From Utricularia gibba (taxonomy: Eukaryota > Plantae > Magnoliophyta), in NCBI GenBank assembly GCA_002189035.1, contig NEEC01000002.1, positions 372,001 to 436,000 on the forward strand: a DNA stretch of 64,000 bases, given 5' to 3'. Below are positions 12,001 through 25,434 of the stretch, in pieces. The position numbers and the translations under genes were made by a program. The notes under the pieces are model-generated. The model ran no database searches. It was not told where the DNA came from and worked only from the letters and a program-made list of their open reading frames with translations. Position 1 is the stretch's first letter; every line of letters starts with the position of its first letter.

Positions 12001-13818
12001 AAGTGTGAGCCACATTCCTCTTCCTGTGGTTTTCTCTCCAATATTTGCACTGCAAGGAGCTGGGATTCTGCTTGCTCTTTTTAGATTGATAGAGGAATTT
12101 GTGCTTTTACTATGGAGTGATACCAGTGGAGGCCTGTACTTTGTCTACTCTTCAAGGGTTCATGATTGCTTTGGATTACTTCACCATGGGTCCAGGTACT
12201 CAATTTCAGCTTGCTTATACTAGTGTGTGAAAAATAAAATGAAGGCATGAATGATTGAAAACATTTCTTGTTTGGCCTAGGGTATAGTAATGGAAACTAC
12301 ATCATTTAGGTACAGTTGCCACTAATCTAGCTTCTCTGATATCCTATGGCTATGTAGCTAAGGGGACCATAAGTTCATTTCCTAATTCATTAATATATCT
12401 ATTTTAGGCTCAAAATAGATGTCATGACTCCCAAGTTCCAAGACCTTGTAAAATATTTTTTCTCATCCCGTGGACATTTGCAGACTCTTTCCTTACATTT
12501 TTCAATTGGTGCGTTTACCTTACCGTCCAGGTTCCTTGGATGGTGGTCCATCGATGAAGCATACCAAGAAGAGCAGGCTCGCTTGCTTCATGCTGGGGTG
12601 ACTTGGTATGACCTTCTCCAGTCGGTTCAGTACCAATTGCATGGCTCTATCTAATTCAATTTTCAAAGCACCACTTCTAATTGCTGAGACCTTCATTTGG
12701 TTTGATATACTGAAAACTATACTCCAGAATTACGGATTGAACAATCAAACAGTAATATTCAGCTGCTTCGTAGTATGATACAAGGACAGTTGCCACTGCC
12801 CTTGTATTTCCTCTTCACTTCAGATGCATATATTCTGATTTATGCAGTTGCTACTGCATTTAAGTAGTTTTTTTTTTTTTTTTTGAGAAAAAGTAATAAT
12901 TTCATAAGTGTCTGATATCCTGATATCATGACTCAGTTACAACACCTTCTCTGGTTATCCACCAGAGATAGTTAAGAAAATGCCAAAGAAAGATCTTGCT
13001 GAGGAGGTAAAACCTACACATTTATTATTTGGTTTTTCATGCTTGTGTAATAGATGTACATGTGATTATCTTTTAGGTATGGAGACTCCAAGCAGCGCTT
13101 GGTGAGCAAACAGAAATTACAAAATTCAGCCAGCAAGAGTATGAGCGTCTTCAAAACGTAATACATAGTTTTTATATAAAAATTTATCTATGAATTATGC
13201 GATGCCTTTTGGCATGAAGTTATAGTTTGATCCTGTATGAACTCCGTTGTGAAGATTTACTCTATGTTATAGAGCTTTGTTTGACTTACAACTTAAGAAA
13301 TTGTAGCCGCATGGTCTTTGTACCTATGCAAGGGGTTTAGTTAATGTTAATAAATGCAAAATATGTCGGCCTCTCGTTAAAAAGAAAGCTGTTTGTATCT
13401 TTTTTTTTTTTTTTTGTGTGTTGGCGTGACAACTTGCCAAGTTCCTTGCCTTGCCAGGAAAAAATATTATGTCGAATTTGTTTCGAGGGAGAGATCAGCA
13501 ATGTGAATCTTCCATGCAGACATCGCGTGTTATGCAGGTCAGCTCTTTACAACAATGTTTTGCATGTTCTTCATCACTAGAAATCTAAATTACTTCACAT
13601 TTTTCTTACCTTGAACCCGGAGGAGTTCATTCTTGAGTTTTCAATTTGAAACCAATTATCACCTTAACCCAATTCACGAAAATGTTGTCTCAAATCATCT
13701 TTCACCATCTTTTGTCATGGCGGTTTATATTTTGTACAGCAACTGCGCTGATAAATGCGAGAAATGCCCTATATGCCGAGTAGCCATTGAGGAGGTGCTG
13801 CATGTATATGATGTATAG
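9086..13818 (+). CDS. TMEM185 (Fragile-X-F-associated) multi-pass membrane protein with C-terminal RING finger
   Basis: About 14 exons. Starts MSWRRVGKSLQGVAAHSLLFSFTLFLVLKLD; internal exons encode FFPLWLFHGVAAHGRFSLPAPS and GWWSIDEAYQEEQARL. The RING CRICFEGEI..LPCRHRVLC/SNCADKCEKCPICR ends in VYDV*. Confidence 0.88.
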
Positions 13819-14825
13819 AAGCAGCAACTCCAGGGTGCTGTAGTGAACAGTAACAGAGACTCTGATGCAAGATCTAATGCTTTAGTTTAGAAGAAAAGGC
13901 ACAGGTAGTTATTTTTACATTGTGAAGGGTCACCAGCAACCAAATTTTTAACGTACAACAGCACAATGGAAAGAGTTTTTTTTTTTTTTTTTCTCGTCCT
14001 TTTGAAAATGGGTGTACTAGAAAGTACTTCAATATGCACGGTCGTTGTAATGCTTTAGAACTCTCATGGCTTCTTGTTTGAGGTTCAGACTGACTCTAAG
14101 TAGTCTGAATCATATTGAATTCTTGTTTTAGGTATTAAACTGTAATCTCAGCATTTATGTTTTTTTTATTAGCATAATCTCAGCATCTATGTAGTCCAGA
14201 TGCTTGTTTCAATCTGTACACATTTGATGAATCGGTCCATAATGCTCTACAGCCTCCAGAACAAAGTAGGATTCAAATGATCTCTTTGGACGGCAATGAC
14301 TAGTAAAAGGAGAGGGCTCCTCTCGCCTGCTTTCAATGAGCAATACTGAGGCGTTCTTACTCTTAGAGATTGTTACTCTTCAAGCAATAACAGAACAGGT
14401 CATTAAGCGCGATTTTTTTGTGCAATTAATCATATGCATAGCTTCTCATGGATCTCTCTTCTTCATTGTTAAGGTGAGAATAAGAGTGTAAATTTGTTTG
14501 TCTAAATTTTGGCATAAAGCTAATGGCCTGCGAAACTGTGACATTATGAATGATGCAGAAGATTCACATGAAGCTTTTATGACCATTGAGGGGCTCTGTA
14601 GATTTTACTGAAAACTTAGTTGCCAGATTTGTAGCATCATAAGCCTTGAGCGAAGCTTCCATTCACTTGTTGATTCATGGCAATTTGGAACCAAGACGCT
14701 CTCAGTAACAGTCACGTCCACGAGCCATGAGTTACACAGAGAAAGACAGAGTGAACAAGATATTCTTTTCTAACTCACCCTACACTCTACATAAACAAGC
14801 CACTGTGCTGCGGGTTGAGCATAGC

Positions 14826-15549
14826 CTAATTATTTTCTTTCTGGTTGGAAATTAAGTGAGAGATTTTGTTCTTGGACTTGGGATCAGAAGGTGGTTTTTG
14901 CGTTTTAGCCTCTCCAAATCTGTGAATCAACTTCTCCCTCACCAGCTTTTGGTAGATGTATGCAGCTCCTCTGAACTGTGGCAACACCAGCCACGCCACG
15001 AACACCAGCTTCAACTCATACCAAATCGGTATCCTTATTTGCAAAAAAAAAAAAAAGGAGTAGTTGTTTAGTGACTAGTCTATTTCTATTTCAAGTTCAG
15101 ATTTTGGGATATGGGTCTTCGTGAAATCTGGATCTTGAAGAAGAAGCAGAAGAATTGAGTGGTTACCATTCCAAGGCGGGTTGTATGAGCATCTCAACGA
15201 GCGTAAAAAAAGAATACAGAATCCAATACGCGAGCCACTGCTCATCGTCCACCTTGGAGGGGCTCTCAATGGCTAAAACGGAAGCGTACCTGTGAACAAA
15301 ACGAACAAAATTACAGCTTCCAACCCCACTTGTAGCAGTAACATGAATTCAACAGATCACTTTGAATTCTTACTTACAGTGGGTAGAGTAGCATGACTGC
15401 CGGCCTGCAATTGCAGTTGCAAAGAACCCAGATTCAGAAACAGATATTAAGATACTGAAAATCTTGGTCTCAAGAACTGATATTGTCTATGCCTGTACTT
15501 ACCCAGCCATGGAATGAAGAAGCGTCAGGGATGTCCACAACCGACTCAT
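14826..15549 (-). CDS. HVA22: HVA22-like protein (HVA22d/e type, TB2/DP1 domain)
   Basis: Four exons: MSRLWTSLTLLHSMAG / PAVMLLYPL / YASVLAIESPSKVDDEQWLAYWILYSFFTLVE / IPIWYELKLVFVAWLVLPQFRGAAYIY. Confidence 0.9.
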
Positions 15550-15909
15550 TTAGATTCCTAAACAAGCTTCTGATGCAACTGATTTATGATGGAAGCTGGA
15601 GAGGAAGCCTGCTTATGCCTGCTGTACTGATAAATATAAAGTTTCATGTTTCACACCAGAAAGAAAGAAGGTGAAGCCGTGTCATAAATCAGAGAAAGGT
15701 GGAGGGACACGCGTCGTTCTAGAAGCTTGTCCGTCAGTTGTAGGGTCGGCACAGTCAATATCAGCTCTCAGCTAACACAGTACCAGCCTGTCTTTTTCTC
15801 TATGGACTTTGGGGGAGAAGATTTGACTTCTTTTACCATTTGAAAAAGGCATAATACAATGCAATATCAACCATGCCTCTGCTTTCTCAGTTCACATTTT
15901 ACTTAGCCA

Positions 15910-17442
15910 TCACTGCCCTGAACGCAGGGAGTCAAGGAGCTCAACAGCAGGCAAAAGCATTCTCTCCCGGATATGGAGATCAACCAGCGTGCTCCATGTA
16001 TTGGGATCTGGTCTGAATCCCATCTCCGCCAATCCAAAGAGGGCTGACGCGGCGTCGAGTGCTCGTCCGGCTGTACACAGACTGACCAACAACTCATTCG
16101 ACGTACCAAAATGCGGCACGAACCCCCTACGCAGCATCATGACTAACATGTTCATTGCCTTCTCCATTTCCCCTTCCTTGCATAAAAAATTCAGCACAAT
16201 CCGGTAACTCCCCTTGTTGAGGTAAACACCCTGTTTGTGCAGTTCTTGGAGCATGTCAACAGCCTCGTTAAAGCGGCGTTCTCGGCAGAGTCCTCCGAGA
16301 ATCACATTGAAGGTAACTACATCTGGTTTGCAGTTCGTTTCTTTCATCTTTTCTAGCAAATCAATAGCTTCACTCGTTCTGCCAGACCTGCATGTGAAAT
16401 TGATGAGAGTTGTGTAGACAACAGCATCAGGCCTAAGGCCATCAACTTTCATGTCATTCAACAACTCCTTCGCTTCTCCCAGCCTTCCATCCAGACACAG
16501 GCCATTCATCAAGGTTGAGTAATTAAAAATATTGGGATGACACTGATGCTTTCTCATAAATTCCATGACTTTCTTTGCTTCATCTACTTTTCCTCTCTGA
16601 CAAAAGCCATTGATCAAGAGATTGTATATCACTGCATCAGGAGCTATTTGATGTTTTGAGATCATTTCTTCCAAAAGATCGACAGCCTCTCGCAATCTAC
16701 CGCTTCTGCAAAGGCCATTAACAAGAGTTGAGTAGGTGATCAAGTTTGGGAAAGACGCCTGGGACTTTTCCATCTCTTTAACCAAATTAAAAGCAGAATC
16801 TATGTCACCATTCTTACAATGACATTTCACTAAGATGTTGAAAATGCATGAATTTGGCTCCAACTGAAAATCCTTACGAGCACTCAAGAGAAACCTTCTT
16901 GCTAAATCAGTTTGATTCGCTTCAACTAGAAGATTAAGGCATGTACTTATAGCTTTCATAGAGGGCTTCGAACGTACAATAGGTTGAATACGCTGAAACA
17001 TTTCAATCACCCGATCATGCATTGATGACTTTGAGAAATGCTTCATGAGAACAAGAAATATGCCCTCATGAAATCTGCAAGTCTCCAAGGTCATTCTGTG
17101 CACAACAGCATCAACTGAATCATATCTGCGGAACTGAGCAAGCTTGTAAAGAAGAATACCATAAGTTGAGTTGTTATGCTGAAATCCCCTCTGGACTGAC
17201 GCTTGGTTGAAAATGTGTAAAGCATGATCTGCATTTTTTGCTTGTCTTATGGAGTCAACAATAGACTTATGAGAAAGGTATTTGCTTTTCCTAGTGACTT
17301 GTTTCACTGCAGATCCATTTTTTTGAGGGGTATCTTGTTCTCTTGGGGATAATTCTAGGTGTTTCAGAAGCGAAAATTGAACCGGAGATTCTAATGATCG
17401 AGCAGACGCTACACGAAGACTCTGCGCACTGGCAGCTTTCAT
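15910..17442 (-). CDS. P-class pentatricopeptide repeat protein (resembles Arabidopsis At5g18475)
   Basis: Intronless 510-aa ORF with tandem 35-aa repeats (e.g. TYSTLVNGLCRSGRLREAVDLLEEM, IYNLLINGFCQRGKVDEAKKVMEFM). The N-terminus looks like an organellar transit peptide. Confidence 0.92.
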   Translation of the reverse strand: MKAASAQSLRVASARSLESPVQFSLLKHLELSPREQDTPQKNGSAVKQVTRKSKYLSHKSIVDSIRQAKNADHALHIFNQASVQRGFQHNNSTYGILLYKLAQFRRYDSVDAVVHRMTLETCRFHEGIFLVLMKHFSKSSMHDRVIEMFQRIQPIVRSKPSMKAISTCLNLLVEANQTDLARRFLLSARKDFQLEPNSCIFNILVKCHCKNGDIDSAFNLVKEMEKSQASFPNLITYSTLVNGLCRSGRLREAVDLLEEMISKHQIAPDAVIYNLLINGFCQRGKVDEAKKVMEFMRKHQCHPNIFNYSTLMNGLCLDGRLGEAKELLNDMKVDGLRPDAVVYTTLINFTCRSGRTSEAIDLLEKMKETNCKPDVVTFNVILGGLCRERRFNEAVDMLQELHKQGVYLNKGSYRIVLNFLCKEGEMEKAMNMLVMMLRRGFVPHFGTSNELLVSLCTAGRALDAASALFGLAEMGFRPDPNTWSTLVDLHIRERMLLPAVELLDSLRSGQ

Positions 17443-17891
17443 TGTTTGAACATGTGAAGATCACCTTACAAAATCAAAACACAGCTATTATGCAAAGGAG
17501 AAGAGCATATGAATTCTATAATCTTGATACAACATGACAAAAATCGTTCAAGTGAGATGGGCATGCTTAGAATTTGAATAAGATTCACAAAAGTTGAAAT
17601 ACAAAACACCAGAAACACAAAATTTAGGTTTGGATTAAGCCAGCCAATTAGTGAGCTCAGAAGCAATGCGGAGAAAGCCCCATTTCAAGACAGTAAAGAA
17701 ATGCATTCATGAGGGAAACAAATTCCACAGAAAATGAATCTATGTTCATCATCAACTGACAAGAGGAAGCGAAACGAAATATAAAAAAAAAATCAAATCT
17801 TGAAATAACCAGCAAACCTCGACGGAATCAAGAAAGCGAAAAACATAAACTTGAACCATATAGAAGTCAAGGAACAGGCGCCAATTCACAA
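17251..17891. repeat. Dispersed duplication, copy A: PPR N-terminal codons plus 5' leader
   Basis: Collinear with 33485-34107. Shared blocks include CCTAGTGACTTGTTTCACTGC, GAAGATCACCTTACAAAATCAAAAC, AAAGCCCCATTTCAAGACAGTAAAGAAAT, TCTTGAAATAACCAGCAAA and GGCGCCAATTCACAA. Confidence 0.9.
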
Positions 17892-18554
17892 TGCTTCAAG
17901 ACCCAAACGCATAATCATTTACATACCGTCATTAGCTATCCAGGGAACTACAAGATGGGCATTATTCGAATTTTAAAAAAGCCAGAAACGGGAAACTCCA
18001 ACGGCGGAAACAGCGTGGACAGCGGCCAAGAATCGAAAACTTCGAACGATTTCATTCACTACAATCAATGAATCGGCGAAATTGATCCTACGCAAACAAG
18101 GAAACTGGGTCTCTCCGGAAATGTAGAACACTCGAACACTCCTCTGCGACATTCAGCCTTCTCAAAACAATAGTGGATTAAATTTAAATCGTTTTTTCAT
18201 AAAAAAATGAATAAATATTCACTTGAATTATAAATTATTTATACAATAATTTAATTTTTTTTTTGTTGACTAATTCAAACAATAGTTTCCATGTGAAAGG
18301 AAATTAGATTCCTAAAGTTAAATGGAGTGCCATCACGTGCAAGTTTCACAAAAACCAAAAAGAATCTCATGAAGCAAAAGAAACAAAGTGGTATGAGTTG
18401 TGTTCTGTCCAAATGACTGAAAAGCAGTAGAATGATCTCTGAATGCTCAACAGGATAACAATGACAACTCAATGGTCAAAGAAGACAGAAAGATGAATAA
18501 GTAGGGCCGGGCCGCACTGGCAGCAAACTAGAGGAGATGATTCGGGTAAGGATT

Positions 18555-20330
18555 CTACTTCTTGGCAGTGGATGATGATCCATTCGCCTCGGTGTCTGCT
18601 GGATTCAGTTCTCTCCAAGCATCGATCCAAGTAACCATGGCATCAGAAAGCTTCAAAAAGTATGGATCTATGGGGCCAAGCTTCTCCTTGACAAGCTTCG
18701 ACAGTTCGATGTAGCATTTTTGCACGGTTGTGCACTCTTTTGGGAGAACCACAGACTGGAAGAAGGGGATGATGTCCTCTTGCCAGAATATTCCCTTGTA
18801 TTCCTTCTTCAGGTTTACGAAGGGGTTGCTAGCTTTGCTGTGCCAGATATATGGCAACCCGGTCTTCACTCCCAATCCCAAGTGATCAGCTATCACCTTA
18901 AACAGGAATGAACATATTTGGAAAGCACAGCTTAGAGAAGTTAAACTTGCGGGCAAAAAATCTAGGTTCTACATCATTTCCCTGCTGATAGCACATTTGC
19001 AGCCAAGTGATATACTTGTCGGAAGCTGCCAAAACATTTCGAGCATAAATCTACAACAGACATGCAAGGAAAGGGAAATCACCTTAACACACCATCCAGC
19101 CCACATATCATCATATCTTCCCAGAGGTTGGCCATCCCCCATCAGCCCAAAATACATGGCAGGACCAATGAGATCTCTATTGAAAGCAAGGTTCATCCCA
19201 CACATGGGAAACAGGGAACCTTTTGGAATTGTCAGAACAGCATCCACATACCTGCATGAAACGTCACTTGAATGAAGTAAAAAACAAAAATGCTTGGCAT
19301 AATTCATGATCAAGAGGTTTGTGTTGATCACAAATAATGGAAGTTTTCGACTAACCTTGTGTTCCGCTCACGAGGTTTGACGAGCTGAGTTGGAGCATCG
19401 TAGTCAGGAATGTTGAGCCACAGACCATGAGAGACAGCAGTTGGAACACCTTCCCTCATGCTGAATGGATAGCCACGCACAAAATCTGCACCTTCTCTAT
19501 AAGGATCATAGAGTGTGTTGAAGAACAATGGTGTTGATGGAGACAACAGATTGTGAATGTGCTGAGCCAAAGCATTGATATCTTTCCCAGTTGGATCCTT
19601 AGCCACCTGTTGCATTTCCAAAGATCAAAACTTGAATTTCCACTCGATTAACTACATGCAAATAAGCACCCCAATTGATGAGAACCAGTTTCTCATCTCC
19701 GTCAGATCGCTGTATCCATCAAACGATCCAACCGACGGTCGGCTCACAAATGAAACCGGTTTTTGGGTCAAGAAGCTACATTGAAATTCAAATTTTGCGT
19801 GTGCAAGATGCCAAAAATAAGGAAAAAGTGGCAGACAAACGCGTATGCGGCTTGTCATTTCACATTCTGTAGATGACAAAATTTCGAAGACCAAGTTGGA
19901 AAAAAAAACCCATTCTGCCATACCCTGCCCCAGATCCAATCACCCAAATTCAACTTTCCCAACATTGATGTAAAAAAAAAAACGCCTAAATCCTGCAATA
20001 ACTTACGAAGCAGTCGTCATCAATGGTGTAGATGTACTTCTTTTTCGAGACAAGGTAACCGAAGCAGCGGCAAGCGGAGTCCTTGAACGAGATGCAGGAA
20101 GCTTTGGGGCCAAGGATCCGGTTAATATCATTGCGATTGTAGAGCTCGTAGTCGAATCCTTCGGGTATAGTGACCTTCCTGGAGGGATCGCCGTCCTGGA
20201 CGATGATTAGATGATACGGCTGGAAGAAAGGACGCCACATTTCGAGGAAATCGAGGTTCCTAATCGTCGGTATGACGATGTCCAGTTCATCCGTGAGCGC
20301 CGGCACCACCGGAATCGCGGGCTGAGACAT
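18555..20330 (-). CDS. RGP1: UDP-arabinopyranose mutase / reversibly glycosylated polypeptide (class 1)
   Basis: Four exons: [32 protein letters not shown] (DXD motif), [57 protein letters not shown] and [21 protein letters not shown]. Confidence 0.95.
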
Positions 20331-21329
20331 GACGATCCTCTGGATTTCCGGCAGATCTTGGGAAGTCCAGGGAAGGTCCAAACAGAGAGCGTAGCTGTCA
20401 AGAGAAGAGGGAAGAAGTGGAGGTATTTATAGTCCGACGTTCCCCATCCACCCCCACTAAGCCCAAGTGAGGCGTTTTGCATTTTTGTCAAAACGTCGCC
20501 GTTCCATTAATTAACCGTACTTGAAGACTGGTCACAATTAGTTAGGGTAGCCCCAAAAATAGACGCCCTAACCTATTTTAGTTGTTTAATTAGCTATTTT
20601 AAAATAGGATTCAATCAATTTATTCAAAGTTTTTAGTTAAACATTCTTTACAATAAATTGAATCCATTTCAATTTATTATAAGAAAAAAATAATTATATA
20701 AATTTAATATTTCTAAATCCCATAATTTTTTTAATTTTTTTCAAAAACCATCCCATAATATAATAGTATATGCGTGATTGGTCATGGGTGTTACATGATT
20801 GTCATCAAAATTTAATTAACTAAGGGACTAAGTGGGCATGATTGCATGGTAAGTCGGTCTACTAATATCAATTATTTATGTGGTGGTAAGTTGGTAATAC
20901 ATGATTTTTAATAGGGTGGTTTCTTGCATGATTGAGCTTTCGTATATATTAAATTATTATAATAACAAGTATTTTAATTAAATTATTGTATGCTTTAAAA
21001 ATTTATTTTAAAATTCATAGGTATACCTAAAACTATATCATGTTAGATGAGTATGCCTTTACTTGACTATATTATGTTCATTTTATGAATTTAAATAAAC
21101 ATTTATTTAATCTCATGGGGGTGAGCTTATTCAAACGTATGCTTTAGTTAATATAAGATTTTTAGTCATTGATTAAATATCATATATATTATTTTTATCT
21201 AAATTTAAATAAATTGAAAATATAAATATGAAATATATTGATTGCAATATTGGGAAATGAAAAGCGAAAAAAAGAGTGGGGAGGGAGGGATTCATCTTCT
21301 TCGGAGGATTGTGAGTGAGAACATCAAAG

Positions 21330-22307
21330 ATGTCTATCCACCTTCTACCGCATGTTTTCCCTTCGAGACCAACCCTAACAGGAGCAGAATCAAAAGTGGC
21401 CACTCCTATGAGCTGGATTGGGAATTCCGGCAGTAGTCACCGCGGAACCCTGCAGCTGGATGCTGGTGCTACTCATTCACCAATTTGGTGCAACAATTTG
21501 TTAGCTCTTGCGCTAGCTGTGGCCCTTGTGGCTCCTTTACCTTCTCAAGCGATCCCTTCTCTCGATTTCAAATCTCTCGCACGCCCTTCTCCGACGACCC
21601 CTTTTTCGCAAGCCCAGAAAATGGCCATCGGATTAGAGAACGGGTACTCTCCAAAATTCCTTTTTTTTTTGTTGGTGAATCGCGAATGTTGTAGTTATCG
21701 GCATCGGATGAATTGGGTTTTCTTGTTGGGTTGCAGGAAAATCAGACCATGCCCTTCTATAAATCCAGGCTGCATCTCAAGCAACCCCAGATCATCCAAT
21801 TTTGCGTTTCCATGGAGAATACTCGGCAATTCTACCAACGGCGCAGCTATCAAGGTATCAATCATCTTCAATAGAATCTCAACGCGAGAGGTTTATAAGT
21901 ATCTACATTTACTGCTCATATGCAGCAATTGCAAGATGCACTGGCGAAAACCCAGAAGAATTTAAATATCCAGCTTGTCGAAGATACACCTAATGGTATA
22001 CCAGAAGAATGCTTGTAGTTGTATTTATTCTCTGGCCATCAGTATATAGGAATGGCGATGATCTGAAATTGCAGGGCAGTACCTCCGTGCGGAGGTGGAT
22101 GGCGGCTTTGGCCGGGATGTTCTTGAGTTCCTGATAAACGGAGACGTGGTCTCGTTTCGAGCTATGGCGACCAAGGTAACATACGTGTACCCCTTCACAA
22201 CAGCCTTCGGGGATTCGAAAGGCCAGGAAGAGAGAATGCAGCAGATTGTAAGAGAGTTGGGGTGGTATGCTCCAGCTTTCACCTCCTTTGACTTGGAAGA
22301 CAAATAA
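21330..22307 (+). CDS. Thylakoid lumenal 17.9 kDa protein
   Basis: Four exons with a bipartite transit peptide ending PSQA/IPSL, then GKIRPCPSINPGCISSNP, QLQDALAKTQKN..VEDTPNG and AMATKVTYVYPFTTAFGDSKGQEERM..LGWYAP. Confidence 0.85.
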
Positions 22308-22646
22308 AAAATCATGTACTAATTTTGATTAATTTCGTTATTATAACTTAGTTAATAATGTAATTAAATATATGTATATTCAATTATATTATAAATATAT
22401 ATATTAATATTTTACTATCAAACGATATCTAACTAATTTATCAATGAATAGAAATTATTCCAAAATTTTAATTTTCAAACTTTTGAATTAAAACCGATAA
22501 TGATTAAACCCATAAATTAAGTTTTTATTTGATGTAGACTATCGAAAAATATTTTTAATAAAATAAAGATTGTGATTTTGTATTTTTTAAAAATAAGAAA
22601 TGATTTAAAATTTCGATTTTTTTAAAATAAAAATTAAATTAAATTA

Positions 22647-22659
22647 CCTAAACCCTAAA
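22647..22659 (+). promoter_or_regulatory. Telo-box upstream of Sec61-gamma
   Basis: CCTAAACCCTAAA about 215 bp before the ATG. Confidence 0.4.
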
Positions 22660-22872
22660 TAAGTCATTAACGGTCACCCGTAGTAACGTTTTAGTAGTCA
22701 AAGAAAAGTCAAACGCGGTTTGTAAATTCAGTTCCAACTTGGGGGTATTTCCGGAATTTCAGATGATGTCATCCTTCCATCTACGGCGAATTTTCTTAGG
22801 AGAAAAGGTCTTGCGCCGATTGTAGATCCCCAATTCAAATTCAATTCCTGGCCCTATTTTCTGGTGTTTCCA

Positions 22873-23172
22873 ATGGATGTCTTGGATTCTGTTTTCGATC
22901 CTCTGAGGGATTTCGCTAAAGACAGCGTTCGCCTCGTGAACAAATGCCACAAACCTGATCTTAAAGGTACGTGTTTTTTGGATCTTGATGGGTTTCGATG
23001 TTGTGTGAATTTGGATGAGTTTCTGATGTCGCGGTGTTGAATTAACGCGCTTGCAGAGTTCACGAAGGTGGCCACGCGTACGGCGATTGGATTCGTGGTG
23101 ATGGGATTTGTTGGGTTTTTTGTTAAACTTATCTTTATTCCCATCAACAACATCATCGTCGGTGCCACTTGA
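22873..23172 (+). CDS. SEC61G: Protein transport protein Sec61 subunit gamma (69 aa)
   Basis: Exons 22873-22966 and 23057-23172 give [69 protein letters not shown]. Confidence 0.95.
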
Positions 23173-24248
23173 AATTTTCGGTTCTTGGTACCTCCTTACC
23201 ACCCAGTGATCAATTTTCTGTTGCTTTGATATTTCGTTGACTTGAATTGTCGGTTATCATGAACATATCATTTACACAATGCTTAGTGAAAATTTACTGT
23301 CTACAAAAACGTTGAATGGAAACAGTATTCTTATGGGTGAAAGCGTGCAGACCTTTTAGGAATCTCGGTTCTTGTTTTCCACGTCTCATGGAAGCACATG
23401 TTCTTCGTCCACATTGCATGCGCCCACTTCATTTTTTTGAAATCTGTATGTAACGAATGATCTGTGTGTAAGGATACAATTGAGGAAATTAGTAGTTGTG
23501 CAGTGCACCGATCTTGTTTTTTAAGCTGTGTTCTTTCCATTTGGATCTCAGTGAGGTTTTTCAGTTTCCTGTACTCTCCCATTTTTTTTGTTTTTTTATG
23601 GTTTAAAACCCGGAAAACATCAGGGTCTTATCGATTTCATGTGGAGTAATAGTTATTTGGCTTCAGCTGTCCAGTTGGCTGTGCCTAAAGACTTTTACTT
23701 ATTGCCTCCTTGAAAATTGGATGCATTTTTCTCCGTTCTCTCTGTCTCTTGAGCTCATTTTGCCTATTGTATTCATTGGTTCACAAATTGCAGGGCCTTC
23801 ATGCGGGTGGAGAGTCACAGAAGAAGCAGAAGAAATACTTTATCCCTTGATGAATCGCCGTTGTTTTTTGAATGTTCTGTTGTACTTTTTGGTTATCTTC
23901 ATCAAAGTTAGTGACTTGTCTGGAGCTGTTATCTGTTTGTGAGGTCAACTGTTTTTCACTTCAAGCATATCGCTCGTTTCAACTCTTTATGACGAATCTG
24001 TGAGGTTCTTTACCTTGACAGATTTTGAGCGTCAGAGGCTATGTTGATCTGTACACTTTTTGTCCCAATGAATCGTATGTTAGATGACATTTAGCAAACA
24101 AAACACGGATCAAGTGGTATGATTTATGGGCTGTTTAGCTGAGTTTTTAGCACAAAGCTCATTTGTTCACTAAAGCCATGAATGGGCACCAAATGGATAA
24201 ACTAGGAGCATATAGAAACAAATCCCCTTCTCATCTGCAAGCTGGGCA

Positions 24249-25301
24249 TTAGACACCATTAGAGGTCTGAATCATGCATAGCAGGAGCTCCATATTGACA
24301 ACACTAAAAGGGAACTTCAAAAACTTCACTGAGGGAGAAAAGCAATGGAATCACTGTAACTTACAGGTCACTTACATGATCCTTGACACAATGCAAAGAT
24401 TCAAACATCATATCCATTGCATCCTTTGCCAGCAGGAACTTCACATCCTTTTCGCCTTTGGTTTGCTCGGCATCACTGTCCAGCTGTGGAAGGTCCATAA
24501 GCCAGTGGAAGGACAAGAAGAGTGAAATAAGTAGACCAAATGTTGGAAATGTAACTCAAACTCACCTTCATTTGATTCTCTGTTGACAATAAACGAGGTA
24601 AGGAACTCTGCAAAGAGATGAAAGCAATGGAACTTACAAAAAATATAACTAGACAAAAACACAACTGATCAGAAAAGCTGGCAGAAGGTTTCATATTTGC
24701 AGTGAGTGCTAACATTCAAGAAGATGAACCACCTGTTCTTTTGATACATCTTCTTGCCACTCCTTTTGGAATTTCTGGAATCGAAGAGTCAATAATCTTT
24801 GTAGTTCAGGCAGGACTTCAGCAGGGAACAACTTGGACATTTCATCCCCATCAAGATTTCCATAGGCATATCTTCGAATCAGAACCCTGAGACACACTAA
24901 AAGCTGCAGAAGCACATTGCATAAAACTTTCAGATGCATGGGAATGAAAGAACAATGGCAGAGAAATTTTAAGCTCAAAATGGCATCTTCATATGGCTCT
25001 TGTTTGGCAGATTCGTGCAACATAAAAAATGCCGATTTCATATGAAAGGAGAAGCATGTCAATTCAAACCACGCAAAAAAATGGCAAGCCAACAGAAACT
25101 AGTGTAAAACAAACTCACTGGGTCGAGATCAGGATCAGTGGGAAGCTGAAGAATATCACGGAAGATTTTCCGATCGGCGGCGTCAAGTCCGGTGCGGCGG
25201 GTCCTCCAGAGGGCTTGAAGTACGTAATCCACCATTTCTGTGGAGCTGGCTCTCAACAGAAGCTGTAAATGCCCCCACATACCATGATTCTGGTCTCCCA
25301 T
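24249..25301 (-). CDS. COMM-domain-like protein (COMMD9-like); last exon uncertain
   Basis: Exons: MGDQNHGMWGHLQLLLRASSTEMVDYVLQALWRTRRTGLD..LDP / LLVCLRVLIRR..LPELQRLLTLRFQKFQKEWQED / SSLPRLLSTENQMK / LDSDAEQTKGEKDVKFLLAKDAMDMMFESLHCVKDH. The stop position is inferred. Confidence 0.65.
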
Positions 25302-25434
25302 GGATTTACGAGTGATTTTGTTACGCGAGGATGGAGACTAGAAGAGTATTCAAGAAAGCTTTTTTATTTAAAAAATGATTTTTTTCTTTCATATATTTGA
25401 TGTGTAAACCGTCAACTGCATTTCAATTTCCTCC

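Noticed and set aside
23793-23850. Exon-like stretch AG|GLHAGGESQKKQKKYFIP* downstream of Sec61-gamma
   Set aside because: No partner exon or recognisable homology; probably 3' UTR or intergenic sequence.
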